DNA from: an uncultured Gammaproteobacteria bacterium
GTDB taxonomy: Bacteria > Pseudomonadota > Gammaproteobacteria > PS1 > Pseudothioglobaceae
Length of the DNA stretch: 48,060 bases
Direction of reading: 5' to 3'
Assembly (NCBI GenBank): GCA_937899995.1
Contig: CALCCK010000007.1
Location: 1-48,060, forward strand
Of this stretch, positions 45,863 through 48,060 are shown piece by piece. Positions within the stretch are counted from its first letter, which is position 1. Each line of letters starts with the position of its first letter. The notes under the pieces are model-generated. The model saw only the letters and a program-made list of their open reading frames with translations. It was not told the DNA's origin and made no database searches. A program made the position numbers and the translations under genes.

Positions 45863-47737
45863 CTAAGGCTGAAACTTAGAAGTCATCGGGTAGCGACGCT
45901 CTTTACCAAAGGCATTCTGACTGACTTTAGGCCCTGGAGCAGATTGTCGGCGTTTATATTCATTGTTAAGTACCATACGACTTATACGCTTAACCGTATC
46001 TTGATTAAAGCCTTGCTGAATAATGTGTTGAATCGATTGTTTGTGTTCAATAAACAATTCTAAAATCGCATCCAGTTCTTCATAAGGCGGTAAAGAATCT
46101 TGATCTACTTGGTTGGGTGCAAGCTCTGCAGAAGGCTCACGATCAATCACACGCCCAGGAATAACATAATCAATGGAGTTACGATAATTAGCTAGACGAT
46201 AAACCAAGGTTTTAGCAATATCTTTAAGTGGGGCGAAGCCACCAGACATATCACCATACAGGGTGGTATAACCTACCGCCATTTCAGATTTGTTACCCGT
46301 CGTGAGTACAATTTTGCCAGACTTATTAGAGACTGCCATCAATAGGGTGCCACGAATACGTGCCTGTAAGTTTTCTTCAGTAGTATCGGATTCAGCGCCT
46401 GCAAATAAAGGGCTAAGCTGTGTGTTGAAGCTATCCATCATTGAATGAATGTTAATCTCATGGTAATCAACTCCCATACTGCTAGCCTGGGCTTTAGCGT
46501 CTTCCAAACTCATGCTAGAGGTGTATTCATACGGCATCATAATGGCTTGCACATGCTCAGCACCTAGGGCATCAACGGCAATGGCCAGAGTCAATGCTGA
46601 ATCAATACCACCGGACAAGCCAATCACGGCACCATTAAACACGCCATTTTTTTCAATGTAGTCTCTAGTTGATAATACCAAAGCGTCATAAACAGTTTTT
46701 TCAATCGACTCATCAGTGTTTTGTAGAATGGGCTGATCTAGGGAATGAGTTAAGACTTGAAAGAAGGGTAATTGGTGCGTGATTGTGCCACTAGTATCCA
46801 TAACAAAGGATCCACCATCAAATACCAGCTCGTCTTGCCCACCAACAGCATTAACATAAATGAGGGTGATATTATTCTCCAACACCCTTTGTCGCATGGT
46901 TTTAATTCTTTGTTGATGCTTGCCTAACTGAAAGGGTGAGGCGTTAAGACTAATCACGGTTTGAGCACCATGACTAACTGCAGCACTAATGGGTGAAATT
47001 TCCCATGCATCTTCACAAATCACCACACCAATTTTGGTTTGTTGGCATTCGAATACGAACGAATCTGTACCGGGTTCAAAATACCGTTTTTCATCAAACA
47101 CGCCGTAATTAGGCAAATATTGTTTGTGATAAGTACTTACACGGCCTTGTTGCATTAAGTAAGCACTGTTGTGTAAATGACCATCAACACGTGCAGGTGC
47201 GCCAAATAAAATACTGATGTCTTCAGGCAGTTGAGTGAGTATGTACTCAATAGCAGATTCGATCTGATCAATAAAGCCCTCACGTAGTAATAAGTCTTCT
47301 GCTGGGTAACCAATTAGCGCTAATTCTGGAAAAACCAGTAAATGGGTGCCAGATTCATTCGCATCATGCGCTAGAGTGATGATCGTCTGTGCGTTATTGT
47401 TTAAATCACCAACAGTAGGGTTAATTTGTGCAATATCAATTTTGATAGGCTCTGAGCCATTTGAAAGGTTTTCTAGCTGCTCCTGCCAAAATATGGTCTT
47501 CGATTTATTACCTGTGAGTTTTGCATGCTCAAGTTTGGTGTTGGCTACCACTTCAGCAGGATTAACACCTAAAATACTGGCAAATTGCCAGGCATGGGTT
47601 TCAGATAAGGCTGTTTTTCCTGATTTATATTTACTTAGGTTAGACTGATTAATGTCATATTTCTGAGCTATCTTATAGTCCGAAAGTCCAGTCTTTTTGC
47701 GTACTTTAGCGAGATAGTCTTTGGTTTTGTTTGCCAT
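45863..47737 (-). CDS. nadE: Glutamine-dependent NAD+ synthetase (nitrilase-like glutaminase plus synthetase domains) fused in frame to an N-terminal ~95-aa XRE/Cro-CI-type HTH domain
   Basis: Residues ~98-624: IKIDIAQINPTVGDL, VFPELALIGY, VVICEDAW (Glu-Lys-Cys glutaminase) and the GLSGGIDSAL ATP-PPase loop. Residues 1-95: GLSDYKIAQKYDINQSNLSKYKSGKTALSETHAWQFASILGVNPAEV (HTH). There is no in-frame ATG/GTG/TTG near the NadE domain boundary. Confidence 0.85.
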   Translation of the reverse strand: MANKTKDYLAKVRKKTGLSDYKIAQKYDINQSNLSKYKSGKTALSETHAWQFASILGVNPAEVVANTKLEHAKLTGNKSKTIFWQEQLENLSNGSEPIKIDIAQINPTVGDLNNNAQTIITLAHDANESGTHLLVFPELALIGYPAEDLLLREGFIDQIESAIEYILTQLPEDISILFGAPARVDGHLHNSAYLMQQGRVSTYHKQYLPNYGVFDEKRYFEPGTDSFVFECQQTKIGVVICEDAWEISPISAAVSHGAQTVISLNASPFQLGKHQQRIKTMRQRVLENNITLIYVNAVGGQDELVFDGGSFVMDTSGTITHQLPFFQVLTHSLDQPILQNTDESIEKTVYDALVLSTRDYIEKNGVFNGAVIGLSGGIDSALTLAIAVDALGAEHVQAIMMPYEYTSSMSLEDAKAQASSMGVDYHEINIHSMMDSFNTQLSPLFAGAESDTTEENLQARIRGTLLMAVSNKSGKIVLTTGNKSEMAVGYTTLYGDMSGGFAPLKDIAKTLVYRLANYRNSIDYVIPGRVIDREPSAELAPNQVDQDSLPPYEELDAILELFIEHKQSIQHIIQQGFNQDTVKRISRMVLNNEYKRRQSAPGPKVSQNAFGKERRYPMTSKFQP

Positions 47738-47738
47738 G

Positions 47739-47791
47739 ATTTTTTACCTAAAATTCAATGTATTTTTTACCTATTATAGTTATTTTTACCA
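47739..47791 (-). promoter_or_regulatory. Three direct repeats (sense TAGGTAAAAAAT) across the nadE promoter, 5' UTR and RBS; candidate operator array
   Basis: On the plus strand, the exact 12-mer ATTTTTTACCTA occurs at 47739-47750 and 47762-47773, and an imperfect copy ATTTTTACCA at 47782-47791. Spacing is 23 and ~20 bp. Confidence 0.45.
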
Positions 47792-47801
47792 CTATTGTCA
47801 G
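47773..47801 (-). promoter_or_regulatory. Putative sigma70 promoter of the HTH-nadE gene
   Basis: On the minus strand: CTGACA (47801-47796), 17-nt spacer, TATAAT (47778-47773). About 35 nt upstream of the ATG. Confidence 0.45.
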
Positions 47802-47893
47802 TCAATCATTGTAGTTAAAAAATACTAGTAGTAGTAAAAGTACCATAATTACAACATAAGTTATTGATTTAACATTAAATAATCAATAGTTAA

Positions 47894-48060
47894 AGATCGG
47901 AAGAGCGTCGTGTAGGGAAAGAGTGTAGATCTCGGTGGTCGCCGTATCATTAAAAAAAAAAAAAAAGAGAAAAAATAAAAAAAAAACACAAAAAAACAAA
48001 AGAAGAAGTTTACTAGAACAGCATCAAAGTCACAGAGGCGCCTGCACGAGACCCGACTCG
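47894..48060. other. Non-biological sequence: reverse complement of the Illumina TruSeq universal (P5) adapter (47894-47951) plus poly-A-rich read-through junk
   Basis: Exact AGATCGGAAGAGCGTCGTGTAGGGAAAGAGTGTAGATCTCGGTGGTCGCCGTATCATT, followed by A homopolymers. Confidence 0.95.

Noticed and set aside
47952-48060. The outermost sequences at 1-112 and 47952-48060 as possible terminal inverted repeats or a circularisation overlap.
   Set aside because: They are not reverse complements or direct copies of each other. They lie outside the exact adapter sequences and are homopolymer-rich, which is typical of sequencing read-through noise.

Overview
This is an AT-rich chromosomal segment with gammaproteobacterial-type gene content. 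The true genomic insert is about 177-47893. Both ends are capped by exact Illumina library adapters plus homopolymer junk (1-176 and 47894-48060), so the contig ends are artefacts. Gene order, left to right: a truncated SEDS (FtsW/RodA) gene and the ABC-F gene ybiT; a contiguous ~10.7 kb urea module (urtABCDE, a 66-aa membrane miniprotein, ureD, fused ureAB, ureC, ureE, ureF, ureG); a yihY-family gene; ribE, ribBA (with a degenerate GTP cyclohydrolase II domain), ribH and nusB; and a convergent metH. Next come three tandem genes for small Sec-exported Asn/Gly/Trp/Pro-rich low-complexity proteins, one carrying a perfect 30-nt x4 repeat. They are followed by an Opp/Dpp-type ABC importer with no binding-protein gene and by another small secreted repeat protein. 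Then: a HIT protein; an APH-like/P-loop kinase fusion; a frameshifted DUF2892 gene; a PQQ sugar dehydrogenase; pcm; a yfcH-like gene; an exported Bcp peroxiredoxin; a DUF411 (CopG-like) protein, a His-tailed cytochrome c and a Met-rich secreted protein; an orphan ORF; an N-terminally extended umuD-like gene plus umuC; bamD, an MFS transporter and ssb on the minus strand; spoT; iscX, tolB, pal and cpoB; and a pabB-like gene. The last gene is a glutamine-dependent nadE fused in frame to an N-terminal XRE-type HTH domain, with iteron-like repeats across its promoter. I saw no rRNA, tRNA, CRISPR array, integrase or transposase. The best candidates for new biology are: (1) the secreted low-complexity protein family with its adjacent binding-protein-less importer; (2) the HTH-NadE fusion with its repeat array; (3) the extended UmuD with an inverted repeat over a probably leaderless start and no canonical SOS box; (4) the miniprotein wedged between the urea transporter and the urease genes. 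All functional calls rest on my reading of the translated ORFs and on motifs. No database search was run.
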